Positions 40,743 through 55,255 are shown, numbered from the whole stretch's first letter. The stretch: 63,845 nucleotides of DNA, filler included, from Reclinomonas americana ATCC 50394 (GCA_048213135.1; 8 parts of 6 records of this genome joined end to end with filler, not necessarily neighbours in it); one strand, 5' to 3'. Notes: generated from the sequence alone by a model not told the origin. Translations and numbers: made by a program.

Positions 40743-42036
40743 CACGCTGTGTGTGTGTGTGTGCGCGCGGGAAAGAGCAAGAAATTATGCAAGGCAGTGG
40801 TGACGCAAATGTCCCCGCCGTTTTGTAGGTCATGTCCAAATCGCGGCGAATCGCGCCGGACACGAATGCTTGTCGTCCGTCCGCCTGGTGACACGGTTGC
40901 GAATGGAGTTTCGTTCTGTGGCTGCTTGGCGAAGGCGAGTGCGCGTGCCTGCCTTGCGGAAGTGCACGTGAACACGTCCACGGCGGACACGAACGGAGAA
41001 TTCGATTTCGCAGGATATCGGTGTGCATAGAGTCCAAGGGCGACGTTGCGTGCATGCACCTGTTCACACTCTTCGTGTCATCTCGCTTTGTAGCGTTTCG
41101 TTTTGCATGATTGAGCCAGCGTTCGATGCGATCCGGCTTCTGGCGTGTGTTCGGTTTCGAATTCGTACTCGAAAGCATGCAGTGTGCCCCACGGTGGACA
41201 TCGGAGTATGCCGACTCGCTGCCTGTGTGCCAGAGGACATTGTCCAACCACGCCAACATGGCCAGGCCAATCTCAAAAGACAATAATTCGAATCCACTAT
41301 TCAACCACGCTTTTATGTGCGGTGTTCTCGACTTGTTCGGAGCTCCGAAAGCGAACACACACACACAAGGAACCTGCTGCTGCCTCAAGATTGGTNNNNN
41401 NNNNNNNNNNNNNNNNNNNNNNNNNNNNNNNNNNNNNNNTTAATTAATTAANNNNNNNNNNNNNNNNNNNNNNNNNNNNNNNNNNNNNNNNNNNNGGGAG
41501 AAGGCCATAAGCCAGGCAAACAAAGCGAAGCCGGGTCCGGATCCGTGAAGCAGGCAAAGCAAAAGCAAACAGTGGTGGTGTCGCGATCGTACGTTGGTGG
41601 CGTGGTTGAAAACAGGAGAGAGCTTGTCATGTTGTTGGTGATCATGAGGCTCATATCGGTGGTGCACGTGGCTGGTGGTAGGGGCGGTTGTTGTTGTTGT
41701 TGTTGTTGTCATTGTTGTCGCATCAGTGATTTCAAACACCGTGACAGCCACTGACCGGTGGCCGCACAGTGAGAAACAAGAGGACTTAGGGTTGAAGACG
41801 ACGTTGACCACAGACAATGTTGTTGTTGTCGTCGTCATTATGTACAGTTGGGGAATGAATTTGTTGTTTGTTTGCGATCATCATGCAGCTGTGTTGCTGT
41901 TTGGATTAGTAAAGTTGTTGTTGTTGTTATGGCGGATTGCCGTTCCCTTTCCCGCTGCGATCGTGGACGAGCATTTGGCGAGTGGAGGCACACATTCGAA
42001 ACTGTATTAACAAAACTCTCACTGCTCTCACGTCGA

Positions 42037-44152
42037 TCAAGGCGAGTCACACTGCATGGACTCATCATCATCATCGTCGTTGTCATTGTCGTACAGGCAG
42101 TGGTCGACCTCGAATGCACTCGACGCCCACGGATGGGCGAACATCTCGAGCTCTTCGTCACCAGCTTCGTCGGGATAGAATTCGAAATCGTCAAAGTCGT
42201 CGTCGTGCTGCACAGCGTCGTGCACGTGATGAGTTCGACGGACCATGTTGGCAGTGCACGAGCGCACAGAGCTCACCTGCACATATCGATATGTGTGCAC
42301 AGGGTCGAGCTGCGGAGAGCACACGAAGAATCAGAGCTTACTGTGCGGCCAACGGCAGCAGCGGCGGGTGTGGTGCACGAGGAAGTGAAAGAGGAGAGAA
42401 AAGACAGTGGCGTTACCGGTGCAGCAGCGCTCGACGCGAGGCAGCCAGCCTCCATCTCCTCAGTGGGCGTCGGAAACATGACGGCGGCCATGTGAGACGG
42501 CGAGTGGTCATCGTCGTCGTACGCAGGCTCCAGACGAATGTCCTCCACCGAGGACACTGCCCAGTGGCAGCCATTTGCCGACGAGTACTCACATTCGGCG
42601 GCTACCACATCTTCCGCCTGCATGTACGGCAAGGTGAGACGAAAATGAAGAAGGAGAGCTGAGTGAGCGATAGGCGAAGCAGTGAGAAGCATGGTGAAGG
42701 AGGGATGAGGAGCTCGAGGGAAAGCGGGATGTGGAGATGAAAAAGGAGAAGAGGAGGAGCTCGAGGGAAAGCGGGATGTGGAGATGAAAAAGGAGAAGAG
42801 GACGACAAGGCAGAAGAGAAGAAAGTCAATAGGGGAAGAGAGAATGGTCATGTACTGGTCGGGCAGGAACGCACCATGTGACTGCCCTCCTCATCGGCGT
42901 CGTCTTGAGGAGGAGCGCTTGGGCGTGCGTACGATGGCTGAGTGTCAATCTGTGTGCCAAGACATTGTGAGAAGGGGCGCATGGTTGGTGCTCCAAAGAA
43001 AGGAAGGAAAGTGACTCACGCGGTACCACACGCCCGGCAACGGCGTCAGCACCGGCTGTGCCCATGGTGCCACAGCCACCGAATGGTGCTGCTTCCGAGG
43101 AGCAGAAGTCAGCTAAAGCAGCCAGAGCAGCAGCAGAGACAACACATGATTCTAACCAGTGGAGAGGCAGCGGGCAGCATGTGCATGGGGACTGACAACG
43201 GTGCGCCGCACGACCAAGCGTAGCTTGAGGAGACCGGCGGCGGCAGCGGCAGCGACGGCGGCGACAGACGAACATCAAAGTGCGGACATGGGTGGTGGGA
43301 ACCGAGCGGCATGGCAGGCGGCATGAGAGTTCCCCCAGCTGCAGACAACGCCCCCCCGACAAGAGTGCGAACTAGTCACACCTGCAGTCGGCGAGGACTG
43401 CAAGTGGACTCGGTTCGCCAACAACAAAGGGGGGCACTGTCATTGGCTGGTCCTCATGCCGTGCACCAGCTGCCGCTCGGTGCGCCACCACCACCATCTC
43501 ATCAACATCATTGTCGCTGTCGCCGTCGTCATCGTCGTTGTGCGCAGTCGGTCCCTCGAGCAGCTCAGTCGCGCGCGGCACTGGCCCATCGTCGCGCAGG
43601 AAGAAGAGTCGGTTGCGCAGGTCATGCATCTCCACAAAGGCTGTCCAGGCGGACGCGCGTTGGCTGTTGAACAGGTCGATGCCACTCTGCAAGCGGGCGA
43701 GCGTGAAGGGGTGGACGGGGAAGGGAGGAGGAGGAGGAGAAGGGGGAGGTGATCGTGAGGAAGAGTATGCAGAAAAGGAGAAAAAGTTTGAAGGAGAAGA
43801 ATAGCAAGGAGTGAGGAGGAGGGGGAGGAGGAGGCGGAGGAGAACAACAACAAGAAGAAGAAGAAGAAGGAAAATTGAGAAGGAGAGGAGAAAGAGGAGG
43901 GAGAAAAAGACAAAGAAGAATCACAGTCCTCTCTTTCGCACATACCATGCTTCTGAGCAAGCGTGCCAGGTACATGCGACACTCCTTGCGTTGCAGCTTG
44001 TGTCCAGTGTATGACGCGCCCAAATATACACTCTCCGCGTTTTGTCTATCAGTGACAGTGGGGTTTACAGGCCACACCACAAAGAGAAGCAACCGAATGG
44101 CTTGCGCCAACCAGCGGTCCACGACGTGTGCGGGGTAGTTACGAGGTGGCAT
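42037..44152 (-). CDS. Unknown protein family X, copy B; 3' end approximate
   Basis: MPPRNYPAHVVDRWLAQAIRLLLFVVWPVNPTV...GHKLQRKECRMYLARLLRSM|SGIDLF...HDLRNRLFFLRDDGPVPRATELL, followed by an acidic tail. Confidence 0.6.
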
Positions 44153-44496
44153 GTGTGTGTGTGTGCGCGCGGGAGAGAGTGGAAAAAGGTTAAAGAAACC
44201 CGACAGCAAGCCAGACAGTCTTTGGCGTGTTGTCTGATCCGGTTGCATTGTCGGAATTCTCGCAGCAAACGCGCTGGACTGGACATGAACGGCTTGGTTG
44301 TCGCCATGCGGAGCCACTCTCCGCTGCTTGGCGTTGGTGGAGACGCAAGTGTGCTTGGTGGATTTGAAGAGGCGATAATATTAATTACATTGGCGATATT
44401 ACAATAGTCGCTCATCGGAGAANNNNNNNNNNNNNNNNNNNNNNNNNNNNNNNNNNNNNNNNNNNNNNNNNNNNNNNNNNNNNNNNNNNNNNNNNN

Positions 44497-44497
44497 T

Positions 44498-44528
<31 letters not shown>

Positions 44529-45253
44529 AGTGGCCATAGCCAAGTCGTCATCAAGACGATCGGCAGGCTCGAGCCAGTGGTGATCCTGTACAGTCAATCC
44601 GGATCCCATTTCCTCCACAACTGGTGGAAACATGTAGACGGCCAGGTCTTCGCCAACGCGAAGCAGCGCGTGTCGCGCGTCGACCGGCGCAGGTTCCAAG
44701 CCAGTTTCTCCGACTACTGCTGCTGGCAGAGCTCGAGGCACTGACCAGGAGCCACTTGCCGCATCCACATCCTGCACATGCGTCGACGCAGAACATTAAA
44801 AACTCCAGCACGACGATGGTGAACAAAGCAAGCCGACAAACCATTGGCATCACACGAAAATTGGGAGCGAAGGTGACGCGGTGCTCGATGTAGGGGAGGG
44901 TATGCCAAACGCCTGCCACGGGCGCTGACGGCGGAGCATAGGCGTGGTGGTTGTGCAGGGGGCTGGCAGCGTGTACGGGGAATCGCTCAACAATTCATCA
45001 ACCTTGATCACCAACTTTCGTTGGGTCAGAAGCCGATAACAAAATATGGAGGATTCCCCATGGCCACTGCTTCGCCCCCGCGCACCACCACGCCGTCGCT
45101 CACAACCGTCGAACGCCTCATGAGCAGCTCAGTCAAGCGCGGCACTGGCCCATCATCGCGAAGGAAGAAGTTGCGCTTGACCAGTTTGAACACCACGCGG
45201 AAGTGACGCCACTCAGGCGCATGCTTGTTGTCAAACAAGCGGACACGGCCATG
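44497..45253 (-). CDS. Unknown protein family X, copy C (partial, between gaps)
   Basis: Exon HGRVRLFDNKHAPEWRHFRVVFKLVKRNFFLRDDGPVPRLTELL shares the FFLRDDGPxPRxTELL motif and the acceptor position. Confidence 0.55.
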
Positions 45254-45278
45254 CTGATGAATGAGACGGAAAATGAGT

Positions 45279-45395
<117 letters not shown>

Positions 45396-45502
45396 NNNNN
45401 NNNNNNNNNNNNNNNNNNNNNNNNNNNNNNNNNNNNNNNTTAATTAATTAANNNNNNNNNNNNNNNNNNNNNNNNNNNNNNNNNNNNNNNNNNNNCTTCT
45501 TC

Positions 45503-45545
<43 letters not shown>

Positions 45546-45649
45546 GCCCTCGTCTCTCTTGCGATGTCTCTCTCTCCATCCGTCTGCCTTTCCCCCTTCC
45601 CCCTTCCCCTTTCCCCTCCCCTCACTTCCCTTCCCTTCCCCTCTCCCAG

Positions 45650-48600
45650 ATCGAACGTGGTGCAAATCGAGCACGTGATCGGCGAGAAGCAGCGCCGTCT
45701 CGAGCGCGTGGTGCAGGCCGACGAGGAGGCGAAGCAGTCGCTGCAGGAGCACGTGGAGCTGCAGGGGAACCTCGAGGAGGAGGCGACGCGCGTGGACGAG
45801 ATTATGGCCAAGACCGAAGCTCGCCTGACGCAAGTGGAGCGCGAGTTGCAGGATCTCAAGGACACGCAGTACAAGCGCTCGACTGCGCTGTTTGCGTTGA
45901 GGCGTGAGGAGGTGAGGGGTACTTCTGATCTCTCCCTCGTTGTGGTCACATTGCGCGCTCTACTTGCGCTTGTCTTTCTTGCTCTCTCTCTCTCTCTCTC
46001 TATTTCTCTCATTTCCTCTTTCGCTCATACTGCGCTTTCATCCGTGCACGCCTCTCACTCTCTCTCTCTATCTCTCTCCCTCCCTTTCATTCCTTCCCCC
46101 TTTCCCTCTCTGTCCCTCTCTGTCCCTCTAACTTTGTCTTCGAGCTGTCCTTGAGGCTGTGCTTGCTGAACATTCAATTCTGCTCTGCTCATCTCTCTTT
46201 CTCCCTCCCTCTCCTTCTCCTCTCGCTAACCGCTCCCTTCCTCCATTCCTTTCTGCTTCCCACGTCTCATTTAATATCCTTTCCCGCTTCCACATCTCTC
46301 GGTATCTTCACCTGCGCCTAATTCTGCGCTCGCTCTTCTCGTCTCTCTCTCTTTCTCTCTCCCTCCCTCTCTCTCTCTCTTTCTCCATTTCCTTCCTTCC
46401 CCCTTGCTTATCTGTCTCACTCTTTATCTTCACACCGTGCCCAAAGCTGTGCTTGCTCAACTTTCAATTCTGCTCTGCTCATCACTCTTCCCCCTCTCCT
46501 CTCCCCTCTTCCCACACTCATTTTCCTTCTATTTCTCTCTCTTTCTGCGCTCGGTCTTCTCTCTTTCTCTTTGCCTCTTCTCTCCCCCTCGCTCTCTCAT
46601 TTCCACCTTCCTTTCTGCCTCCCACATCTCACTTACTTTCCGTCCCCCTTCCCGTTTCTCTCTCCCTCCCCCTCCCTTCTCCCTTCTCCCTTATTCCCCC
46701 TCTCTCCCCCTCCCCCTCCCCCTTCCCCTTTCCCCCCTCTCTTCCCCCTTATTCCCCTTTCCCTTCCCTCACCCCCCTTCCCCTTCTCCTTCCTCCACAG
46801 GCCAACTTGATCGCGGAGATCGCCGGCTGCCGCTCGCAGAACAAGAACATGATGGCCAAGCTGCAGCAGCTGGACGCCGAGTCCTTCAAGCAGCAGGAGC
46901 TGCTGTACAACATTGAGTTCCAGATCCAGCAGCAGGAGCGCCGCGTGAACCGCGCCGAGGGCGACCGCAGCGAGGAGGAAAAGGCGATTTTGAATGAGAA
47001 GATCGAGCAGCTGCAGGTGGCGCTGGAGGAGGTCACCGGGCGCTGCAAGATGCTGAACGGGCAAGTCACTCGCGTGCTGAGCGAGGTGCGCAAGGCCAAG
47101 GTCGCCGCCGCGGAGAAGCAGTTTGCCAAGCAAAAGGTGTCGGAGAAGATCATGGAGCTGCGATTGGAGAATGACACGTTGCGTTGTCAAAGAGGGGAAA
47201 GCTTGCTTTTCCCTCCTATCTTGTCGATGCTCATCGCCGTTCCGCAGTTGCGCGCAAGAGCTGCGAGAGCTGGCCAAGCAGCGCGAGGACATGATGGTCG
47301 ATCACGACGTGCTCAAGCTGCAAGTCAAGCGGCTGCGTGACATTCTCAATGCGCGCAGCGACGAGGTGTTTGGACTGGAGAACCGCAAGGGTCAGCTGGA
47401 GATCACGCTGCAGGAGCGTGAGACCGAGATCCGCGTGTACAGGTCTCGTGCTTGACTGGATGCCCTCTTCTCCCTCCAATCACGCCTGCTCACTTTTTTG
47501 CATCCCCACAGAGATACACTGTCGTCGGAGCTGCGCATGATGGACGAGGAGCGCAGCAAGTTGGTGCGCGAGCTAAAGGAGCGCGAGGCGCAAGTCGACC
47601 GACTGCGCAACCGGTACGAGATTCTCATGACACGACTCCGCGTCAACGATCCAGACGGCGACGCAGACGGCGAGGCTCTGCAAGCCAAGTTTATCATCAA
47701 GGCGGCGCAGGAGCGCGAGGCTCTGATGCGCACCGGTGATGAGCTGGATGCGCGCATTCAGAAGCTACTCAAGGAGGAGAAGTCGATGCGCAAGTCGCTC
47801 AACTTGCTGCGCGCCAAGAATGTGGGGTGCGTTGTTGTTTTGTGGTGGGGGGAGGGCTGATGTCACCGGTGGATGAACTCACCTGTTTCTTGCAGATTCC
47901 AGCAGAGTTTCCACAAGGCCGACGGCAGCAGTGCCGAGGCGCAGAAGAAGACCGATCTTGATGAGGTGGGTGGTCGTCGTGATCGGAGGTGAATGACTCG
48001 TGTGTGTCTCACCCACTGGTGTGTGGCACACAGAAATTGCACAAGGCGCGTGCGTCGCTGCAAAAGATGCGCACTGAAATGCTGGAAATCGAGGACATTA
48101 ACGAAAAACTACGGGTGCGTGATGGTGGTAGTGATGGCGATGCATTGTTGTGAGGCTGACATTCATGTGTGATGCAGAACGACTTGGAGGCCATTGAAGC
48201 GCAAGAAAAGGGCGACGTCGCGCACGAGATTGCCGAGTCGCAAGAGCAGAAGCAAGCACTGCAGTCGGAGACCAAGACGCACGCGGAGCGTCTGGGCACC
48301 TACATGCGCAAGAAGCAACGGTGAGAAAGAGCCTGCGCACCCTCCCCCTTTTCGCCCATCATTTACTCATACCACGTGCGAACGCCACAGAGCTCTGCGA
48401 TCACTGAAGGAGAAGCACGGTGTACCTGACGAGGAACTGCATCCGATTGAGAAGGACCTCATGATTGCCGAGATGCGCGACCGAAATCGCGAGGCTCTGA
48501 ACCTGCTGCTGCAACTGGGCAAGATCAATCCGGCGCTGCGCGATCCCTTGGAGGAGATGACGCAGCGATTCGGTCTGCAACGCACCCGGTCGAGCTCTGG

Positions 48601-48757
48601 TCGTGACAGCGCACGCAGTGATCGCTCGCTGGGCTCGCGACCAGGCTCAGCACGCAGTGTGTCGAGTGCACACTCGGCGGTCAGTGGTGCAAGTGCAGGC
48701 AGCCAGCACAGTTCGGCTCGCCAGGTCATTCCCAGGACAATATCGCTGGGGTTGTAG
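45650..48757 (+). CDS. CCDC39: Coiled-coil domain-containing protein 39 (FAP59, axonemal ruler), 5' truncated
   Basis: LIAEIAG...LDAESFKQQELLYNIEFQIQQQERRVNRAEGDRSEEEK, MVDHDVLKLQVKRLR, VFGLENRK, IIKAAQEREALMRTGDELDARIQK. Confidence 0.92.
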
Positions 48758-48795
48758 TAATGTACAAACACGTGCAATGTGGTGTGACCAACCAT

Positions 48796-51700
48796 CTATA
48801 TCGGATTCATTCCTCCCTGTTGCTCCTCCTCTCCATCCTCGTCCTCGTCGTCGTCATCGTTGTCACCTCCATGGTTCGCATCCCGGCGGCTACCACGCGT
48901 TGGCTGCAATCCCATAGCATCCATGGCCGCCTGTCCACCACCATACAACGCCCGTTCTGCCAGGTAATACTTGACGAGATCGTGCCGGCGATGCGGCGCA
49001 CTGTCGGTGCGAACCGCCTCGGCCAACAGACGCAAATGCACCCGCCGTGCGGTGCTCGTCATTGTCTCCAGCACGTGGTGCATCAGGTTGAGGGTGCGCG
49101 GCAGCAGCGTCCAGTGACACACCATCATCACCGACATCACAATGGGGAACGCATACTGCGCCGACTCGGACGAGATGCCGACAAACGCATGCACCGCGTC
49201 AAAGCAGTACGTTGACTGCGTGGGAGAACAGACAGTGAGCGTCGTCGTACATACAAGAGCACTCTCTCTCTCTCTCTTTCTCTCTCTGCGGCTCACCCAC
49301 GGACTTGTCGCATCAAAGGTCTGCAGAATGAGCGCAATATTATCCTGCGCGCGTTCCGCCACCCGTCCAGACACGTTCTGCGATGCATTCTTTCGATGTG
49401 AGCATGGTGCGCGAAGGCACTCTGAAGAGCTTCACCGGAAATAATCGCAACTCGGAACACTCGCTCGAGATAATGTGGCACGATTAGCACACAGCAAGGG
49501 TGGCGCTTTGCGAGCAGCTCCAAGAACAGCGCTCGGGCGGCGGTGCGCAACTCCGGAATGCGACTCTCCAACAGGCGAAAGAACCAGTCGCCGAGAACCA
49601 AGTTCACGTGCTCCTCAGTGACAGCCGTGCTCAGGTGGTGTTTGACCACTCGACCGTAGAACGCCAAGCGCGACGCTATCACACGACCTGCACTGCATGT
49701 GAGTGGCACAATTCAAGCCTCGCGTCAATGGCAAACACCACACCTTGCTCGGGTACTTCCAACTCGCGCAGTGTCTCCGTGACGACGTGTCGCACAGTGG
49801 CGTCGGAAAGTGCTTGAATGATGCGCACCACTGTTCCAAGTCCCTCCATCACCGCGGCGAACTCGGTGTACGAGAGAGCGCGCAACACCGCCAGCTCCTG
49901 CGTCATATCTGCAAGGCCATGAAACAACGGCACCACATACGCTCGTGTCACGTTTTTTCTCACCTTCATGAACGAGACCGTGGAGAGCGCTGAGTAGCAC
50001 ACTGGTAAACATGTACCAGGAGTGGAAGAACCTGCGTAATGGGGTCACGTTGGCGAGTCCGTCTGCCGCACACGACGAGCATCTGAGTCAGCAAGCCACC
50101 TAGCGTTGACAAGATACCATCGTACGTACCTCGCTTCAGGTTCTCGTCCACATGCGCTGCCCACGCCTTAAAGTATCGCTCACAGGCCGTCTCCACCGTC
50201 TGCAGCACTGCTGTTGGCGACGGGTGCACTGTCAACAGGTGCGCCAGGGCCGCGGCCGATCGTTGCACTGTGGCAAAGATGGCCGACCGCACATGCGTCG
50301 CCAATGTCTACAGATACAGACAGCACACATACACATGTTGGAAAACAATGGAAGAGAACCAGCAGCAGCAGCAAACCACGACTTACGTGGTTGACGATCG
50401 ACGGCGCCAAGCCCGGCACTCCATCGCTCCTCAGCAGTGAGTCGTACAGGAACAGGACGCGCAGTGCCGCACCAAGAAGGGCATCGCAAACAGGCTGCGC
50501 GAAGAAACAGTTCAATGCACAGAAAAGAGTGCTGACAAACAACCAACCTCATGACGCACCGACAGCCACGAAGCAGGCACATTTCGAGAGCACCACACAA
50601 TCGCAAATAGCGCCGTCAGTTCTGCTTGTGAGTCGCCTGTGCATGCGTCGTGTTAGTGTGCACGTGCACTTCTTTCACTTCTGTTGCATAGCAGGACGCA
50701 ACTTGGATCCACCACACGCGACCACTCGTTGCAAATCTCTCGACATACAGTGGCCGCCAGTGTCCGATCAGGCTCCTCTCCCGCGCCAAACAGCTTGACA
50801 AACGCAGCACAACCAACAAGACTCATCAGGCGCGTCACTGTGGCACCACCAATGAGATGACAAACTCAAGCACCACCGCGTCCCCTCCACTCACAAACCT
50901 TGCTTGCCACCCGGGTCCGTCCACTGCGCCATGCACACCTCCACCACACGTCGCACGTACGCGTCGTGTCGCTCGCTGGTACCCGCGGCAGCCACCGCCG
51001 CGGCCGATCGATTCTCTCGTAGCCGCAACAGAGTGAACAGTGAAGTGAAGAAGCGTGCGGCTTGCAGCGCACGCAGTGCACTTGGCGATGCACTGGACGC
51101 GACAGCAGAAGCGGAAGCCTTGGCTGGCGGCTTCACCAGCGCGCCGATGCTCGTCAACACGAGAGACACCAACTCGCACACCGATGTCATCTCCAGCACA
51201 CTGGCAAATGAGGCCAGGCAGCGGAACACCTGCCCGTGTGCTCCACTGCGCAAGAAAGATGTGAGTGACGCAAGAGGAGACATTGTTCCACAATTCCCTC
51301 TCTCTCATCTCACACACCGCGACAAAAGCATCCCGTTAGAGAGCAAATTGCGTGCCATCATCAACACCAGTTCCCGTTCCTTGCTATCCTTCACAAATGC
51401 TACGCACACAGAAGGAAGTGTGAACACACAGAGAAAGCGATGACCCATTCAAACGAGAGCACCTCCAATGGCAAACAGCAGTGCGAGAAAGGCCGAGAAT
51501 AATGCCGGCGACGTCATGTGGCGGGTGAGTAGTTGCCGGCACACGCGTGCACACACGACGCCGTACTCGTGCTCGTCGTCGGTCACACTCACACCTTTCG
51601 AGCCGCGTTCCTCTGCAACAACAACAGCGAGCCGGATGAGGAAGCGTTCGTGCACGACCCCTCTCTCTTCCCGTCGTCCGCTCACCAACAATCTCCGACG

Positions 51701-52250
51701 CCCATCTGCTGAGCACGAGAAGCAACTGCTGCACCACGAGGAGAATCTCGTCAGGCTTGAGCGCAGGCAGCGGATTGCTGGAAACTGGATCTTGCCCGGC
51801 TTCACGCAGACGCTGCACGAGTTTCGGAATGCATTCACGCAATAACCGCGACGAGGCAAACGACAGGTACGACACATTCTCGGCGACAAACGCCAACAGT
51901 GTGAGGAACTGGAGAGCACGTCAGCAAAGTTTCTCTTTCATAAACGTACACAGAGAGATACGCACCAGCGGCTGCTCCGTCGGCAGAGTGACCAGTAGGC
52001 GGAGAGAATAGGCGACCTGCGCGCGCAGCGTGCGATGCCACATGTTCATATCCATCTCGGCCGAGTCCGAGTGGCCACGAGCGATGCCCAGCGGCATCAT
52101 CACGACACCGTTGATGCGTACATTGGTGACAATCGAACGCGCCGCCTCGGCCATCTGTGACACCCGCTGCTGCTCCAGTAGGCGATTCCACCAGCGTTGA
52201 ATCGCCGTGCGCGGTGTGCCGTCCTCGCGAAATCGCAAGCGCACCTGCAC
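48796..52250 (-). CDS. Large multi-exon alpha-helical (ARM/HEAT-like) protein of unknown function, 5' truncated
   Basis: Consecutive Leu/Val/Ala-rich helical exons with GT-AG boundaries (e.g. donor 50702). Ends ...PHRRHDLVKYYL... plus an acidic tail and stop at 48796. Confidence 0.55.
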
Positions 52251-52663
52251 NNNNNNNNNNNNNNNNNNNNNNNNNNNNNNNNNNNNNNNNNNNNTTAATT
52301 AATTAANNNNNNNNNNNNNNNNNNNNNNNNNNNNNNNNNNNNNNNNNNNNGAAGGGGAAGGGGAAGGGGAAGGCAAGGAGAAAGTAAATCAAAGGGGAGT
52401 GAGAAGGGAGGAGAGCGGAGGAACGCAGGAGAAGAGAGTGGAGGAAGACAGAATAAGAGGAGACGAGAAAGAGAAACTGATCTGAGTAGAGTCGCATGCA
52501 GAGAAGTAATCAAAGGAGAAGTAAGAAGAGAAAGAGAATGGAAGAAGACAAATAAAAGGAGAGGAGAAGGAGAAAAGAGAACGGGGAGGAAGCTTCCTGC
52601 CGACAAAAGAGGAGAGAAGAGAGGACGAGGAGAACAACTGCTTACACCAGACAAGTGACAAAC

Positions 52664-54691
52664 CTCGGGCGACAATTGCGCCAGCCTCTCCTTCTCGGCC
52701 GCCTGAGCCTCATCCTCCTCGTCCTCCGGCACAACGGCCTCCGGGTGCAGCACCTCTGTCGCACGAATGTGAGGGCACACACACATACATATACACACTG
52801 CGATCTTGCGTTGTCGCAACTGTAGATGTAGTTTCGCACGCGCGGCTTCTTGGCCACAACCAGCAGCTCAGCGCCGTACCGATCCCGGCACCGCGGATCG
52901 GCGCCAGCAGCAATCATCAGCTTGACGCACTGCATCACAATCGATGAGTATCCAACGGAAACGAAAACAAAAACAGAGAATATGCGCGACAGTCACGCAC
53001 CTCCAAGTGACCCGCCTGCACCGCATCAAAGATGGGCGACTGCGACAACACCTCCTCTTCGGTTTCTACGTTGGTGGGAATCACGGGGGCCGCCAGACTC
53101 GCACCCGCCTCCAGCAAGCAGCGAATGGTGTCGGCGTGACCGTGGAAGGCGGCCTCGTGCGTCGGTGTGCGACCGTACTTGTCGACCGCGTTGGCCTCCT
53201 TGGACGCGTCGGTGCAGCGCGCCAGGTAGTACGTGCAAAAGTCCGTGTGTCCGCGACTGCGATTTGGTTAGAGTGCGTGAGTGACACGAATGAGCGCGCC
53301 CGCCCAAGGTGTACAGCGAGGAGAACCTGGCGGCCTTGTGCAGTGGCGTTCGACCATAATCGTCGGGCTCGGTGAACGCCATGTCGGGAATGGCGCCGAG
53401 TACGCGTTCGGCAATCACCACGTGCCCGCCCTCCGCCACTGCGTGCATGATGTTCTGCGAGAGAGGCAAAGGGATGTGAGGGATGTCACAAGGAACAGGG
53501 AGTGGGGGACGACCGAAGGAGAAGGAGTGGAGCGATTGAAGGAGACACAGAAAGGGTAATAGAAGGTCGGAAGTGAGTGGAGCGGGTGGTGAGACAAGTG
53601 AAAGGGAGCGGAAGAGAGAGCAAGAGACGGCTGGAAGTGCAAGAATCGGAGCTCTACCTTTTGCGTCGGCGACGGCAGACCAATCTTCGCACCACGCTCC
53701 ACCAGCCGATCAAACAACGCCAAGTTCTGCACGCACACAAGCCGTCAGGATACGACGACAGCACACCACCGTCTCCAACCAATCAACGCAACTGCATTGC
53801 GCGCCGCGTAGTGCAGCGGTCGCAGTCCAAAGTCATCGCGCAAGTTCGGCTTGGCGCCCGCCTCCAACAAGCGCATGGCGATCTCCGTCAGGTTCTGATG
53901 CGCCGCTTCGACGAGTGCCGTGCGTCCCTCCGCCGGGAAGTGTGTGTTGATTGAAGCGCGCTGACGAGGCAGTGAGTGAGGAGAAGGAGAGAGAAGGGAA
54001 AGAAGAGAGGAACAAAGACGAAGACGGAAAAGAAGGGAAGAGGGGGGAAGAAGATAGAAGAGAGAAGAAGAACAGAGGAGAAGTGAGAAGAAGAACAGAA
54101 GAGACGAGAGAAGCAAGCGAGGGAAAAGGAGAAGAAAAGGAAGTAGAGAAGAGAGAGAGAAAAAGGAGAGAGAAAGAGAACAGAATAGAGAAGAGAGTGG
54201 GAGAGAGAGAAGAGAGTAGGAGAGAGAGAGAAGAAAGGAAGAGAGAGAAGGGAAGAAGATAGAAGAGAGAAGAAGAAGAACAGAGGAGAAGAGAGAAGAA
54301 GAACAGAAGAGAAGAGAGGGAAGAAGAGAAGACAGGAGCCAACGCGGAAACGAAGAGAAGAAAAAGGAGGAGGAGAGGAGAGAAGAGATTGAAGAAGAGA
54401 AGGAGTGAGAAGTAAGGAAGAGCGAGAAAAAGGAGAGAGAAAGAGAAACAGAATAGAGAAGAGAGTGGGAGAGAGAAGGAGAGAGAAGAGAGAAGAGTGG
54501 AGAAGGGAGGAAAGCAGTGAGATAGGAAGAGTGCGAGTTGAGGACTTCGCCATTACCTTCTTCACATCCGCAAGGAAGCGCTCCACAGCACCCAAATCAC
54601 CACTCGCCACCGCATCAAACAAATCCGGATCCTCTGCGACAACAACAAAAAAACAACAAAAATCGTCGGAAAAAATAACAATCAATGCACA

Positions 54692-54759
<68 letters not shown>

Positions 54760-55023
54760 GAGAGCGTGTGTACGTATGAGAAAGAGACTATGTGTGCATC
54801 TGTGCACTTTCTCTTGCCTTCCTCACACAACCTTCTCCCCCCTCTCTCCCCCCTCTCATCACTCACCCAAATCCGCCTGTGTGACACCCTCCGGAAGAGG
54901 CGCACTTGCACCCGCCGCCGGCTCCGCAGACACAAACACACCCTTCACCGCCGAATACGCAGCGCTCGCGGCCGCACTGATCGTCGAGCCCACAGTCGAC
55001 AACAATCCACTATTGGAGGCCAT
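52664..55023 (-). CDS. Ankyrin-repeat protein, 3' truncated at a contig join
   Basis: LFDAVASGDLGAVERFL, GRTALVEAA, GLRPLHYAARN, GRTPLHKAASRGH, GRTPTHEAAFHGH and SPIFDAVQAGHLECVKLMIAAGADP. Confidence 0.9.
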
Positions 55024-55255
55024 TCAAAGAGAGAAAGTGTGTGGGAGGACAGTGCTCGAGCGCATTGTCCTTTGTCCATGTGATCTTTCTCCGTCTTGCT
55101 TGCGTGTGTGCTTGAGCATGTCACTCATACGCACGCGTTGCATCTAAGCCGATGCGCCAGTGTGTGCCGTTTTGCTGCAATGTTGATCGCAGACAGTCCT
55201 GCTCGAGCGCATCTGTCCTTTGTCCACGATCTGTCTTCTTGCTTTGTGTTTGAGC

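Noticed and set aside
40745..41395. 272-aa minus-strand ORF (40570-41388)
   Set aside because: No motif or coding-like composition; it overlaps the start of family X copy A in another frame.
45040..45065. GNPPY motif suggesting a DNA adenine methyltransferase
   Set aside because: It is followed almost immediately by a stop, has no SAM-binding motif nearby, is absent from the paralogous copies, and is probably intronic read-through.
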